Assembly: GCA_937893155.1 (NCBI GenBank)
Contig: CALBGU010000081.1
Span: 9,633 to 73,632 of the forward strand
Source: an uncultured Treponema sp.
Lineage (GTDB): Bacteria; Spirochaetota; Spirochaetia; Treponematales; Treponemataceae
Length of the DNA: 64,000 nucleotides
Direction of reading: 5' to 3'
Shown here: piece after piece, positions 1-9,827 of the stretch
Layout: each line of letters begins with the position of its first letter
Position numbering within the stretch: the first letter of the stretch is position 1
Translations under genes and position numbers: made by a program
Notes under the pieces: model-generated
Told to the model about the DNA's origin: nothing
Seen by the model: only the letters and a program-made list of their open reading frames with translations
The model's database searches: none

Positions 1-866
1 TGCGTCATTCCCGTGATGAAAGTCGTGCGGGAAACGTCCACGCGAGCCTCTTCCAGAATCGTTTCGCCGATAGCAGGCGCGCGGATTGTGCCGCCCAAGG
101 GATTTTTCACGCTGTCGATTTTCGTCGTAGACTCGATGTCAACCGTGGAATACTCAAACGCAAGGTCAGTGTTGAGGATTTTGCAGTTTTTCATCACCAG
201 ATTTTCGATGTAGCAAAAGCCCTGATGACTTTCCACCGTGCAATTCACGAGCGTGATATTTTTGGAATTCCAGCCGAAATATTCGCCCGAAATATACGAA
301 TCGTAGACCGTAATATAGTCCGCGTTCCAAAATGCGTCCTTGGAAAGCAATTTTGAATCGTGGATTTCCACATTTCGCGCACCGTCAAACGGATAATTTC
401 CCACCAGCGTCAAATGCGAAATCTTTACATCGCTTGAGTTCATCAAAAAATACTCGCCCTTCGCCTGCACATTTGAAAGCGTTACCCCGCTGCACTGCCA
501 CAGCGTTTCGGCGGCATCGGTGAACTGCACGTTTTCGAGCAGCACATTTTTGCAGCGGCGGAAATTTTTGGGCGCTTCGATGACGGTATTGCGCACCTCA
601 ATGCCGTTCGTGTACCAAATACCCGCTCTCCCGTTCTGGTCGATAACGCAATCGTTCACACACACATTGCTCGAATACCACAGCGGATATTTCCAGCGGA
701 AATTGCTGTTTGAAAGCGCAATATTTTGGCTATGCTTGAGCGGAGATTCGCCGTCCATAAAAGTGCTGTCTTCAATTTTGACATTCTCCGCAGCAAAAAG
801 AGCGCGTTCGCCCGTCAATGTCTTTTGCGAAACCGTTTCGTTTGTAAAAATGGTATTGTTTGCCAT
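1..866 (-). CDS. DUF3737-family beta-helix protein, 3' end outside the window
   Basis: Absent from the ORF track because it runs off the window edge. ATG at 866 with AGGAG upstream. Manual translation gives MANNTIFTNETVSQKTLTGERALFAA...GESPLKHS...FRWKYPLWY...SKDAFWN...GEYFGWNSKN...DLAFEYS, matching DUF3737. Confidence 0.85.
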   Translation of the reverse strand, partial: MANNTIFTNETVSQKTLTGERALFAAENVKIEDSTFMDGESPLKHSQNIALSNSNFRWKYPLWYSSNVCVNDCVIDQNGRAGIWYTNGIEVRNTVIEAPKNFRRCKNVLLENVQFTDAAETLWQCSGVTLSNVQAKGEYFLMNSSDVKISHLTLVGNYPFDGARNVEIHDSKLLSKDAFWNADYITVYDSYISGEYFGWNSKNITLVNCTVESHQGFCYIENLVMKNCKILNTDLAFEYSTVDIESTTKIDSVKNPLGGTIRAPAIGETILEEARVDVSRTTFITGMT

Positions 867-928
867 AAAAACTCCTATTGGATAAAACAAAATTACGCAA
901 TTTCCCCGCCGAATTCAAATTTTTTTCT

Positions 929-1165
929 CCCAAAGCCCCACCGCACTTACTTTCTCCCCTTTGGAGTTTTCCCAAAGCCCCACCGCAACTACTTTTTGCC
1001 TTTTGGGATTTTCCAAAACCCTCACCGCAACTGCTTTCTCCCTTTTGGAGTTTTCCAAAACCCTCACCGCAACTACTTTCTGCCTTTTGGAGTTTTCCAA
1101 AAGCCCCACCGCAACTACTTTCTGCCTTTTGGGATTTTCCAAAAGCCTCACCGCACTTACTTTCT
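929..1165. repeat. 42-bp tandem repeat, about 5.6 copies
   Basis: Unit approx. CCAAAGCCCCACCGCAACTACTTTCTGCCTTTTGGAGTTTTC; CCAAAG at 930 and 972; TTTTGGA-GTTT-TCCAAAA palindrome spans unit junctions. Confidence 0.95.
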
Positions 1166-1256
1166 TCAATCGGGATTTAAGATATACGGTGTCAGCACTG
1201 TTTTTTCGGCTTTTTTGTTTGGAAAATGCGCACAAATATGGTATAATCGCACCATT

Positions 1257-2168
1257 ATGAACACACCAAAAGCATTTTTTACCGTTTTTTTTGTTTTCTG
1301 TGCCGTTTTTTTTCCAAAAATCGCGTGGACCCAACAAAAAGAGCCTTCCGAATTGCAGATTTTTAGGCGCGCGTATCCTGATGTGGATTTTATCTGTTCG
1401 TATTCAGCGGCAAAAAAGGATTTTTTGATTACGATAAAAGTGCCCAAAACGCCAAACAGCGCGGAAAAAGCAACGACGGCGCTCTGGTGGGCAGGCGGGA
1501 GGTTTTTGCCTGAAGCAGAACTCGGCAATCAAGAAAAATACTGGACGCTGCTCTATGCGTATCCCAAAAAACTCGCCGACCCTGCGAATTTTACGGCGGA
1601 GGAAACGGAGCGTATGCGAACATTCGGCTCGGCAGAAAACCGCAAAAACGGGGCAGGCACGCCGATGTTCTTTTTTGACGCGATTTATGATGCAAAAAGC
1701 CGCGCCTCTCTCGAACAGCACATTCGCCGCTACACGATTTTGAATCACGGAGTTTCGGTGCACGAGCGCATAAAAGTCCAGCTCCAAAACGCAGAAACGC
1801 GGATTTTGGCACTCGCGCAAAAAGACAAAGCGGTGAGTGATTTTGTAACAGGGATTGCAAGCGAAGGCGGTTATGTGTGGAGAATCATCAGCGGCACCAA
1901 TCGAAAATCGTTTCACAGTCTCGGCATTGCAGTAGACATTCAGCCCAAATCGCTCAAGGGCAAAGAGATTTTCTGGAGCTGGGCAAAAGACAAAAACCCC
2001 GACGGCTGGATGCTCACGCCGCTTTCACGCCGCTGGATGCCGCCCGAAAGCGTTATTGAAATCTTTGAGGAAGAGGGATTTATTTGGGGCGGAAAATGGG
2101 GCGTGTGGGACAATATGCACTTTGAATATCACCCCGAACTCATTTTGTGGAACTTCGGCAGCCGCTAG
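1257..2168 (+). CDS. Exported M15-family metallopeptidase (D-Ala-D-Ala carboxypeptidase / L-Ala-D-Glu endopeptidase-like)
   Basis: Signal peptide from ATG 1257; SFHSLGIAVD (SxHxxGxAxD) and WGGKW...DNMHFEY motifs. Confidence 0.88.
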   Translation: MNTPKAFFTVFFVFCAVFFPKIAWTQQKEPSELQIFRRAYPDVDFICSYSAAKKDFLITIKVPKTPNSAEKATTALWWAGGRFLPEAELGNQEKYWTLLYAYPKKLADPANFTAEETERMRTFGSAENRKNGAGTPMFFFDAIYDAKSRASLEQHIRRYTILNHGVSVHERIKVQLQNAETRILALAQKDKAVSDFVTGIASEGGYVWRIISGTNRKSFHSLGIAVDIQPKSLKGKEIFWSWAKDKNPDGWMLTPLSRRWMPPESVIEIFEEEGFIWGGKWGVWDNMHFEYHPELILWNFGSR

Positions 2169-2177
2169 CGTTTTTTG

Positions 2178-3533
2178 TCATTCCGAGCGCATTTCGCGGC
2201 GGAAACAGAAGATAAAATACGCGATTTCGGCGATTGAGGTGATTGTCCACGAAAAAACGTAGAGCAAAAACAGCGATTCAATCGTCCGAAAATACGCAAA
2301 AATCGTATACAGCCACACGATTCTAAACACGCACGAACCCAAAATCACGATAATCGACGGCACGAGCGTTTTCCCAAGCCCGCGCGAAGCCGCAATAGTC
2401 GCGTCCATAAACGCCGAGACGCAATACGACAGCGCCATCACCGAAATGCGTTCAAGTCCCGCGCTCACCACGGTTTCATCGGCGGCAAAAAGAAACAGAA
2501 ATGCTCTTCCAAACACCAAAAGCAATGCGCCCAAAAAAAGCCCCGTCAAAAAAGCGTAGCCCGTGCTCACAAAATACGAGGTGAGCACGCGGCGGCGATT
2601 TCCCGCACCGTGATTTTGCGCAATAAAACTCGCGCCCGCCGTGTAAAATGCCGCCATAATGTCGTACACCAGCGGGTCGGCATTCGCGGCAGCCGCATTG
2701 CCCGCCACCATTGCCGCGCTGAACGTGTTTACGCCCGACTGAATAAAAATGTTTGCAAACGCAAAAATCGCGTACTGAAATCCAGAGGGGATTCCGATTT
2801 TGAGGATTTGCCGCACTTTATGCGCGTTCACCGAAAGGCAAGATGCCGAAAGCATTATGCCGTTGCACCCCCGCGAAAGCGTCCATACAATCAGCACGGC
2901 AGAAACATACTGCGCAATCACGCTCGCAATCGCCACTCCCGCCGCGTCCATCTTGAACACAATCACAAACAGCAGATTAAGAGCGACATTCACCGCGCCC
3001 GCAATGCTCAAAAACAAGAGCGGTCTTCGCGTATCGCCCGCCGCACTCAAAACCGCATTGCCGAAGTTGTAGAGCGAAAGCGCAGGGAGCGAAAGCATAT
3101 AAATGCGAAAATAGAGCACCGCGCCGTCAAGCAGTTCCGCCTTGGTTTTCATCGCCGAAAGCATTATTCGCGCGCCCCATTCGCTCGCCGCAAGGATTGC
3201 CAGCGCAAAAAGCACGCAGAGAATGACGGCGGTGTGCACCGTTTCATTCACGTCGCTTCTTTTTTTTGCCCCCAGAAAATACGCCGTAACCACGTTTACG
3301 CCCGCTCCCAGCCCGATAAGAGTGCCCGTAAAAAGCAGAATCAGCGTAGACGTAGAACCAACCTCGCCCAAAGCCTTCGCGCCCGCGAAACGCCCCACCA
3401 CCGCAATATCCGCCATATTGAACAGCACTTGCAGCAGGTTTGACAACATCAGCGGCACACTGAAAAACAAAATGCCTGTGAACAAATTTCCATGGCACAT
3501 ATCCGTTTTGAATTCTTTTTTTGCTCTGTCCAT
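2178..3533 (-). CDS. MATE-family efflux transporter
   Basis: About 12 hydrophobic segments; PLMLSNLLQVLFNMADIAVVGRF and GDTRRPL motifs; start placed at MDRAKK. Confidence 0.92.
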   Translation of the reverse strand: MDRAKKEFKTDMCHGNLFTGILFFSVPLMLSNLLQVLFNMADIAVVGRFAGAKALGEVGSTSTLILLFTGTLIGLGAGVNVVTAYFLGAKKRSDVNETVHTAVILCVLFALAILAASEWGARIMLSAMKTKAELLDGAVLYFRIYMLSLPALSLYNFGNAVLSAAGDTRRPLLFLSIAGAVNVALNLLFVIVFKMDAAGVAIASVIAQYVSAVLIVWTLSRGCNGIMLSASCLSVNAHKVRQILKIGIPSGFQYAIFAFANIFIQSGVNTFSAAMVAGNAAAANADPLVYDIMAAFYTAGASFIAQNHGAGNRRRVLTSYFVSTGYAFLTGLFLGALLLVFGRAFLFLFAADETVVSAGLERISVMALSYCVSAFMDATIAASRGLGKTLVPSIIVILGSCVFRIVWLYTIFAYFRTIESLFLLYVFSWTITSIAEIAYFIFCFRREMRSE

Positions 3534-3675
3534 AATCCCCGCAATCTTAGCACGTTCAGCCGAATTGCACAATGAAACCGTTTCGGGTGATGATACGGAA
3601 AATGTGCTCTCCTTTCTGTCATTCGGTGCACTTGATATGAAACAAGGGCTGCCGCATTGTGTGTCCAGCCCGTAT

Positions 3676-3770
3676 TACAAGTGTAATCTAAGGCTTGTAC
3701 AAGTGTTATCAGCCCCTGATTACACTTGTATCCTAGTGCTGAACACATCTGTTATCAGCCGCTGATTACA
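3676..3770. repeat. Degenerate 22-24-bp repeat with internal inverted repeat
   Basis: TACA/ACAC-initiated units at 3676, 3698, 3721, 3743 and 3767; near-perfect IR TACAAGTGTTATCAG-CCC-CTGATTACACTTGTA at 3698-3730. Confidence 0.7.
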
Positions 3771-4036
3771 AAACGTATGTTTTTTTCATTCTGTATCGCC
3801 TGTATGTCATTGCTGTACCTGATATGAAACAATGGTAAGCCCCTTGCTACATCTGCATTGGCTTAAAAAAGATTATCGGGTCAAGCATGACTATTATTTT
3901 TTTTCAATATCTTTATAACATTTGAAATCCATTTTTTTTCTATATTGTTTTTTTGAATCAAACCCGTTATAATGTAGAGAGAATAGAAATTTCAACAACT
4001 CTGTAAGACTTGTAGAATATTTTTGGAGGATTTCTT

Positions 4037-6163
4037 GTGGCTAAACAAAAGAAAGAATTAGACAGATTTGACACAAATGCGAAGAAGGATATGACGATTT
4101 TAACGAAATTCCTTTTAATCGTCGGTGCTTCTGTTGCGATTGCAACGCTTGGTGTTGTTACGACTTCGCTTGAGATTTTTGCGCACAATCTCGAGGAATA
4201 TACTGAAGAAGGCATTTTGCACACGGCAGATGGAGCTGTGCGCGTATTGACGGACTGGCAGATTACGCTTAAAAGCTATTCTTTTTGTCTTTCAAGCTCG
4301 CCAGATTTTCAGGAAACACTTGCTCAAAAAAATGTTGATAGAATTAAGAAAGCAATTGCAATATGCGATGACGAGTTCGACTACGAGGCTATGGCAGTAA
4401 CTGATGCGAACGGCGTTATTCTTGCAGGAAGCGGTTTGAACTCAGGTCTGAATATATCTTCTATTACAGCGGTTCGAAAGGCTCTCGGCGGCAGCGAGTT
4501 TTATTGCTATGAGCCGATAGGAACAATTCCTTTGGGGTTGGTTCAGGCTTCCCCTGTCAAATATAACGGCAAAGTCGTCGGAACTGTAGTGTCAGTCTAT
4601 GATTTAACCACGGAAGACTATGTTACGCTTATGCGCGACGGCTATGATGTAGTGAGTACGCTCTTTCAAGACACAACTCGCGTTGCTTCAAACTTTGCAA
4701 AGATTGGCACGACAATCGATAATCAAGATGTTGTCAATACGGTTTTGCGCAACGGAAAAACGTGGACGGGAGAGATTAAAATCGAGGGCGAAGAGTATTT
4801 CGGTATCTATGGACCGCTTAAAGACAGCGACGGCAACGCAACAGGTATGGTTTTCATCGCGAAAAACCTCAATTTGATTTCAAAGATTCGCGTTCATACA
4901 TTGCAGTGGGTTTGTCCTGTGGCTTTTGGGCTGTTCGTGATATTGATGATTGTCGGCTGGCGATTTATGAGCTGGGTCGGCTGGCGAATTGCGAATGTTA
5001 CGAACTTCTTGAAGGAATTGGCTTCGGGCGATGCGGATTTGACGAAGCGATGTTCGCTTTATGTTCGCGACGAAATCGGCGAACTGATTATTTACTTCGA
5101 TTTGTTTATGGATAAATTGCACGAGATTGTGTCGGCGGTGAAAGAGTCGAAAGCTGATTTGACGACGAGCGGCAGCACGCTTTACGACAGTATTCACGAA
5201 ACATCGGGCGCAATCACCGAGATTATGGCGAACATCGAAAGCGTCAACAATCAGATTCAGAACCAGACGAGGAGCGTGGAAAGCTCAAGCGACAATGTGG
5301 GCATCATCTCTGATTCTATTTCAAATCTTGACGCGATGATTGAAAGCCAGAGCGCAGGTGTTACGCAGGCGAGTGCGGCTGTTGAACAGATGATTGGCAA
5401 CATTGAGAGCGTAAACAAGAGCGTAGATAAGATGAGTAACTCGTTCAGCGAGTTGCAGCAGAACGCAGAATTGGGATATAAGAAGCAGCAGGAAGTGAAC
5501 GAGCGGATTGTACAGATAGAAAGCCAGAGCCAGATGCTGCAAGAGGCGAACACGGCGATTTCTTCTATCGCAGAGCAGACGAACCTGCTTGCTATGAATG
5601 CGGCTATCGAAGCGGCGCACGCAGGGGAAGCAGGCAAGGGATTTGCGGTTGTTGCTGACGAAATCCGCAAACTTTCAGAGACTTCTGCAACGCAGTCGGC
5701 GACAATCGGTGAACAGCTCAATATTATCCGCAACTCAATTACGAATGTTGTATCTTCTTCTAATGAATCAAGCGATGCGCTTTCTGCAATGGCGAACAAG
5801 CTCAAGGAAACAGACCAGCTTGTTTTGCAGATTAAGGCGGCAATGGAAGAACAGAACGCGGGTTCAAAGCAGATTACCGACGCGCTGCGCAATATGAATG
5901 ACAGCACGGTAGAAGTTCAGAAATCGTCAAAAGATATGTCTGCGCAAAGTACGTCTATCGTTGGCGAGATGAATACGCTTCGCAATGCGACGGAGGCGAT
6001 GAACGCAAGCATGGACGAGATGATGACAGGCGCGCGACAGATTAACGAGAACAGTGCGACGATGAGCGATATGGCGGGACACGTTAAGGGAGCTATCGAC
6101 AAGATTGGTTCTCAAATCGATATGTTCAAAGTCAGTCAGGCTCACAGCACAGGTGAAGATTAA
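4037..6163 (+). CDS. Methyl-accepting chemotaxis protein with Cache-like periplasmic sensor and HAMP domain
   Basis: Two TM segments, a HAMP region (GDADLTKR...DEIGEL) and the signalling hairpin [36 protein letters not shown]. Confidence 0.97.
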   Translation: MAKQKKELDRFDTNAKKDMTILTKFLLIVGASVAIATLGVVTTSLEIFAHNLEEYTEEGILHTADGAVRVLTDWQITLKSYSFCLSSSPDFQETLAQKNVDRIKKAIAICDDEFDYEAMAVTDANGVILAGSGLNSGLNISSITAVRKALGGSEFYCYEPIGTIPLGLVQASPVKYNGKVVGTVVSVYDLTTEDYVTLMRDGYDVVSTLFQDTTRVASNFAKIGTTIDNQDVVNTVLRNGKTWTGEIKIEGEEYFGIYGPLKDSDGNATGMVFIAKNLNLISKIRVHTLQWVCPVAFGLFVILMIVGWRFMSWVGWRIANVTNFLKELASGDADLTKRCSLYVRDEIGELIIYFDLFMDKLHEIVSAVKESKADLTTSGSTLYDSIHETSGAITEIMANIESVNNQIQNQTRSVESSSDNVGIISDSISNLDAMIESQSAGVTQASAAVEQMIGNIESVNKSVDKMSNSFSELQQNAELGYKKQQEVNERIVQIESQSQMLQEANTAISSIAEQTNLLAMNAAIEAAHAGEAGKGFAVVADEIRKLSETSATQSATIGEQLNIIRNSITNVVSSSNESSDALSAMANKLKETDQLVLQIKAAMEEQNAGSKQITDALRNMNDSTVEVQKSSKDMSAQSTSIVGEMNTLRNATEAMNASMDEMMTGARQINENSATMSDMAGHVKGAIDKIGSQIDMFKVSQAHSTGED

Positions 6164-6182
6164 AAAGACTGAATAAAGCAAT

Positions 6183-6221
6183 AAAAAATCCCGAGTGCTT
6201 GTTTTGCATTCGGGATTTTTT
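6183..6221. terminator. Bidirectional intrinsic terminator between MCP and aroC
   Basis: A6-TCCCGAGTGC ... GCATTCGGGA-T6 between convergent genes. Confidence 0.9.
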
Positions 6222-6223
6222 GT

Positions 6224-7327
6224 TTACGATATTCGTGAACACCGATTTTGAAGCGCAAAATCCGCCAAAACAATCGCCGTCATCGCCTCAATGACGGGCA
6301 CAATGCGAGGACAAAGACACACATCGTGTCTGCCTTCAATAACAAGGTCCGTGTTTTCATATCCGTTATTACCGAATTGTACAGTCGCCTGCTTTTGAAA
6401 AATCGACGGAACAGGTTTTATAGCCACCCGAAATTCAATCGCAGCCCCCGTTGAAATACCGCCGAGAATGCCCCCTGCGTTGTTTCGGGAAAAATCCATC
6501 GTCCCCGTAGAAAAATGCATCGAATCGTTATTTTCGCTTCCCGTCATATCCGCAGCAGCAAAACCTGCGCCGAACTCAATTCCCTTGACCGCGCCAATGG
6601 AAAGCATCGCCCGCGCCAACTCCGCATCGAGCTTGGAAAATACAGGTTCGCCCAGCCCCGCCGGAATTCCCGAAACAAAGCATTTTACAATACCGCCGGC
6701 ACTGTCGCCCAACCGCCGCAATTCCTCAATTTTTGCGCTCATTTTTTCGGCAGCGTTAAGGTCACACGCACGAAGAGGATTTTTTTCAATCGCAGAAAAA
6801 TCCACGCTTCCACATTCAATGCCCGCCGCCCGTTGCGTAAAAGCCGTAATGGTTATATCAGGATAAAGCGCGCAAAGCACCTGCCGCGCAATTTCTCCTG
6901 CGGCGACGCGAGCCGCCGTTTCTCGTCCACTCGCCCGTCCGCCGCCGCGGAAATCGCGAAAACCGTATTTTTCAAAGTAGGTAAAATCCGCATGCCCGGG
7001 ACGAAATGTCGTGGCAAGATTGCCATAATCTTTACTATGCTGTGAGGTATTTCGGATAAGTAGCGCAATGGGAGTTCCCTCGGTTTTACCCTCAAATACG
7101 CCTGACAAAATTTCAGCTTTATCGTCCTCTTTGCGAGCAGTTACCGCCGCATTGTTTTTGCCGCCGAAATTTTGCCCGGGTTTTCTGCGGTCAAGTGCAG
7201 CCTGTATTTTCGTTTCATCGAGGCACAAACCTGCTGGAACCCCGTCTACAACGCAGCCCAACGCAGCACCATGGCTTTCCCCGAATGTTGTAACTTTAAA
7301 AATATTTCCTATTGTGTTTCCTGACAT
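6224..7327 (-). CDS. aroC: Chorismate synthase
   Basis: TTFGESHG, RPGHAD, GGRASGRETAARVAAG, NNAGGILGGIS and GRHD motifs; start MSGNTIG at 7327. Confidence 0.98.
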   Translation of the reverse strand: MSGNTIGNIFKVTTFGESHGAALGCVVDGVPAGLCLDETKIQAALDRRKPGQNFGGKNNAAVTARKEDDKAEILSGVFEGKTEGTPIALLIRNTSQHSKDYGNLATTFRPGHADFTYFEKYGFRDFRGGGRASGRETAARVAAGEIARQVLCALYPDITITAFTQRAAGIECGSVDFSAIEKNPLRACDLNAAEKMSAKIEELRRLGDSAGGIVKCFVSGIPAGLGEPVFSKLDAELARAMLSIGAVKGIEFGAGFAAADMTGSENNDSMHFSTGTMDFSRNNAGGILGGISTGAAIEFRVAIKPVPSIFQKQATVQFGNNGYENTDLVIEGRHDVCLCPRIVPVIEAMTAIVLADFALQNRCSRIS

Positions 7328-7333
7328 AGAAAC

Positions 7334-7362
7334 ATCATAACATTTTTTCAAAAAAAATGCAA
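7334..7362 (-). promoter_or_regulatory. Sigma70-type promoter of aroC, probably leaderless
   Basis: TTGCAT-17-TATGAT with a TGn extension; the -10 ends 6 nt before the ATG. Confidence 0.7.
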
Positions 7363-7403
7363 AAAAAAACTGTTTTTTTCTTTTTTTGCGATATAATAAA
7401 AAT

Positions 7404-7472
7404 AAGCAATCAGTTCGATTGCATCCTTTTTTGTGTAGGTGCGGTGGTTTGTTAAATCATCGCACTTTTTTT
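7404..7472 (+). ncRNA. Candidate ~70-nt small RNA
   Basis: TATAAT at 7392-7397, 5' hairpin GCAATC/GATTGC, and a 12-bp terminator stem (7439-7465) followed by T7, with no plus-strand gene upstream. Confidence 0.5.
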
Positions 7473-7493
7473 GTCAAAATATATTTTTGCATA

Positions 7494-7519
7494 AAAAAAT
7501 CCAACCGATTGGTTGGATT
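7494..7519 (-). terminator. Terminator of tRNA-Asn
   Basis: AATCCAACC/GGTTGGATT stem followed by a U-run on the minus strand. Confidence 0.8.
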
Positions 7520-7523
7520 GTAG

Positions 7524-7596
7524 CGCCCCCTGCTGGGCTTGAACCAGCGACACACGGATTAACAGTCCGTTGCTCTACCAACTGAGCTAAGGGAGC
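7524..7596 (-). tRNA. tRNA-Asn(GTT), CCA not encoded
   Basis: Cloverleaf with GCTCCCT/AGGGGGC acceptor stem, TAGCTCAGTTGGTAGAGC D-arm, ACGGA-CTGTTAA-TCCGT anticodon arm and GGTTCAAG T-loop. Confidence 0.98.
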
Positions 7597-7619
7597 ATTC
7601 TTTGTCAAATGCGATTTAT

Positions 7620-7648
7620 ATCATATAGACATACAAAAAAAATGTCAA
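7620..7648 (-). promoter_or_regulatory. tRNA promoter
   Basis: TTGACA-17-TATGAT upstream of the tRNA. Confidence 0.75.
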
Positions 7649-7886
7649 TAGGCATTTTTCAAATTTGATATAAATTTTTGAGAAAAATAATTTTTTCACT
7701 GATAATTGCAAACAAAAAAGAAATTTAACGCTCTTTTTACAATCTCAGTTTGAAAAGTTTTGAATTATGGAGTATATTTTAAGTATGCTAACAAAATTTT
7801 TAAACAAGCTCATAATACTCCTTAACATCTCAAAAAACACTTTTACAGAAAATCTTGTTTCAGAATCTAAAAATAATATAAAAAAT

Positions 7887-8537
7887 GTGGAAAATCGAGA
7901 ACAGTATTTAGAAAATCCGGTAAATGAAAAAGCGATGTTCAGAAAAATGATGAAATCTCGACTTTCGGAATACACGCAAAATTTTCTGAAAATCAAAAAA
8001 AATGCAGAAAGTGCATTTTTGATATTTACCCAAAGCGATTTGTATCGTGAATCAAGAACGATTTTGGCGTTTATCTCGATGGAACTTGAAATGGAAACGC
8101 GGGAAGTGATAAAAAAAGCGCTTGCAGACGGAAAACGGGTCGCTGTGCCGCGGACTATCCCCAAAACGTGCGGAATGGATTTTTATTTTTTGTCCCCAAA
8201 AACGAGTTTGGAAAGTCAGCTTGAAAAAAGCGAATACGGTATTTTAGAACCTAAAACCGATTTGGAAAAACTTGAGCCAGAGCGCTTGCCAATTCACACA
8301 GTTTTGCTCGTTCCCGGGCTTGCATACGGCAAGGACGGCGCGCGATTGGGGCACGGTAAAGGCTTTTATGACAGATACATTGAAAAATTGTATGCGCAAA
8401 AATCAGAGATTCATTTGCCTGTCGCATTGGTCGGTTGGGGATTTTCAATGCAGGTTTTCGACGAGGTTCCCATCGAAGACCACGATTTTATGCTGACCCA
8501 TATCGTTACAGAAAAAGGAATTATGCTTTGCAAATAG
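7887..8537 (+). CDS. 5-formyltetrahydrofolate cyclo-ligase
   Basis: YGILEP and LVPGLAYGKDGARLGHGKGFYDRY motifs. The start is uncertain: GTG 7887 chosen, ORF track gives 7767. Confidence 0.92.
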   Translation: MENREQYLENPVNEKAMFRKMMKSRLSEYTQNFLKIKKNAESAFLIFTQSDLYRESRTILAFISMELEMETREVIKKALADGKRVAVPRTIPKTCGMDFYFLSPKTSLESQLEKSEYGILEPKTDLEKLEPERLPIHTVLLVPGLAYGKDGARLGHGKGFYDRYIEKLYAQKSEIHLPVALVGWGFSMQVFDEVPIEDHDFMLTHIVTEKGIMLCK

Positions 8538-8600
8538 TGCGCCTTGAATGTTGGCGCGAGAAATGATACTATAAATCGAATTTATTTTTTGGAGATGACT

Positions 8601-9758
8601 ATGAAAAGAATGGTGTGCATTGCGGCGGCGATTTTGCTTTCGCTGTCTGCGTGGGCAGAGGATTTTTCGGGATTTATGGACACAGCGTTCGGAAGCGACA
8701 TCAATTCGCTGACCGCAAAGCTCGAAAAAGACGGCTGGAAAAAAGACGGCACGGATTATGCAACGTTTGACGGCGATTTTTTTACTTATTATTATGCAAA
8801 AGATTATTATGTAAAAGAAGACCCTTCAACGCATGCAGATAGTATCGCGCTTACCGCTTCTTACAATCAAAACAAATTTTATATGGCGACCGAAGTGTAT
8901 CAGTTCACACAACCAGAAACGCTAGAGGCGCTTTCTGAATCTGAAAAAAATACGGTAAGCCGCTACAACCTGCGCCGCTGTTCTGAGCAGGAACTTTTGC
9001 CGTTGAAAACTTTTTTCTCGTTTGATGAAGAGCAAATCCTATCCGATACATCGGAAATCGGAGACCTTTCAGCTTCGTGCGCACGATTTTATATCAGTGA
9101 TTCTGGAAATTATTACGCAGTCATCGTGGAGCAAATCGATGCCGACCCCGAAATGAATATGGTTATGATAATTTCAGGTCTCGGTTCTGATTGTCAAAAA
9201 GAGTACGGTTCAAAGGTCAGCGCGCCAAAGCTCAAGGCAAAGAAAAACAGCTCCGAAGTTTTTGCAGGAATCCCGTTCGGCACAAAGGCAATCGATTCTA
9301 TTTTGACGCTGAAAGCAGACGGCTGGGCAATCGTGGCAAGTCAAAGCGGAGCGAACGACTTTTACTATGTGTATGCAATCAAAGAAGGCGGAAAATTCAA
9401 CGGAATCGACGTAGATGCGCTGATGCTGGTTTTCCACGACGATGCTTTGTTGCTTGGCGGCGCTATGTTTGAGGCAACGGAGGATTTTGCCGCGAAAAAA
9501 GAACAGCTTGCAAATCTTGAAAAATCGTTTACCAAATCGTTCAAGCTCAAGAACGCCACAAAGGAAGAAGTCGAGAAATACAGCGACGCAATGGGAGCGC
9601 CGATGTGGGAAGATGAAGCGAATCAGACCGAGGTCGGCAATATGGATTACGGGCTGAGAATTGTAAAATCTAAGGAAGGCTCGATTTTCCAATTCCGCGC
9701 AGATGAAACGGGCGTGGTCATTTTGCAGTTGGCAAAGTCAAAAGTGTGGCATTTCTAA
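8601..9758 (+). CDS. Exported hypothetical protein with two related domains
   Basis: GGAG RBS, signal peptide MKRMVCIAAAILLSLSAWA; F-x-x-x-x-FG...L..DGW pattern occurs twice. Confidence 0.85.
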   Translation: MKRMVCIAAAILLSLSAWAEDFSGFMDTAFGSDINSLTAKLEKDGWKKDGTDYATFDGDFFTYYYAKDYYVKEDPSTHADSIALTASYNQNKFYMATEVYQFTQPETLEALSESEKNTVSRYNLRRCSEQELLPLKTFFSFDEEQILSDTSEIGDLSASCARFYISDSGNYYAVIVEQIDADPEMNMVMIISGLGSDCQKEYGSKVSAPKLKAKKNSSEVFAGIPFGTKAIDSILTLKADGWAIVASQSGANDFYYVYAIKEGGKFNGIDVDALMLVFHDDALLLGGAMFEATEDFAAKKEQLANLEKSFTKSFKLKNATKEEVEKYSDAMGAPMWEDEANQTEVGNMDYGLRIVKSKEGSIFQFRADETGVVILQLAKSKVWHF

Positions 9759-9776
9759 TTTTTTGTATCATACATG

Positions 9777-9806
9777 ATAAGGGGCGTTTTGCCCCTTATT
9801 TTTTTT
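9777..9806 (+). terminator. Intrinsic terminator
   Basis: ATAAGGGGC-GTTTT-GCCCCTTAT followed by a T-run. Confidence 0.9.
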
Positions 9807-9827
9807 GCACATACTGTTGTTTTAAGC

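Noticed and set aside
4..20. GTCATTCCCGTG at the window start resembling the REP-like foot
   Set aside because: It is a short match inside a coding region cut by the window edge and cannot be distinguished from chance.
726..1256. 177-aa N-terminal extension of the M15 peptidase in the ORF track
   Set aside because: It overlaps the opposite-strand DUF3737 gene and the repeat array. ATG 1257 has a -10 box upstream and begins a signal peptide.
7524..7596. tRNA-Asn as an integration site for an island or prophage
   Set aside because: No integrase nearby and no duplicated tRNA 3' end was seen in the window.
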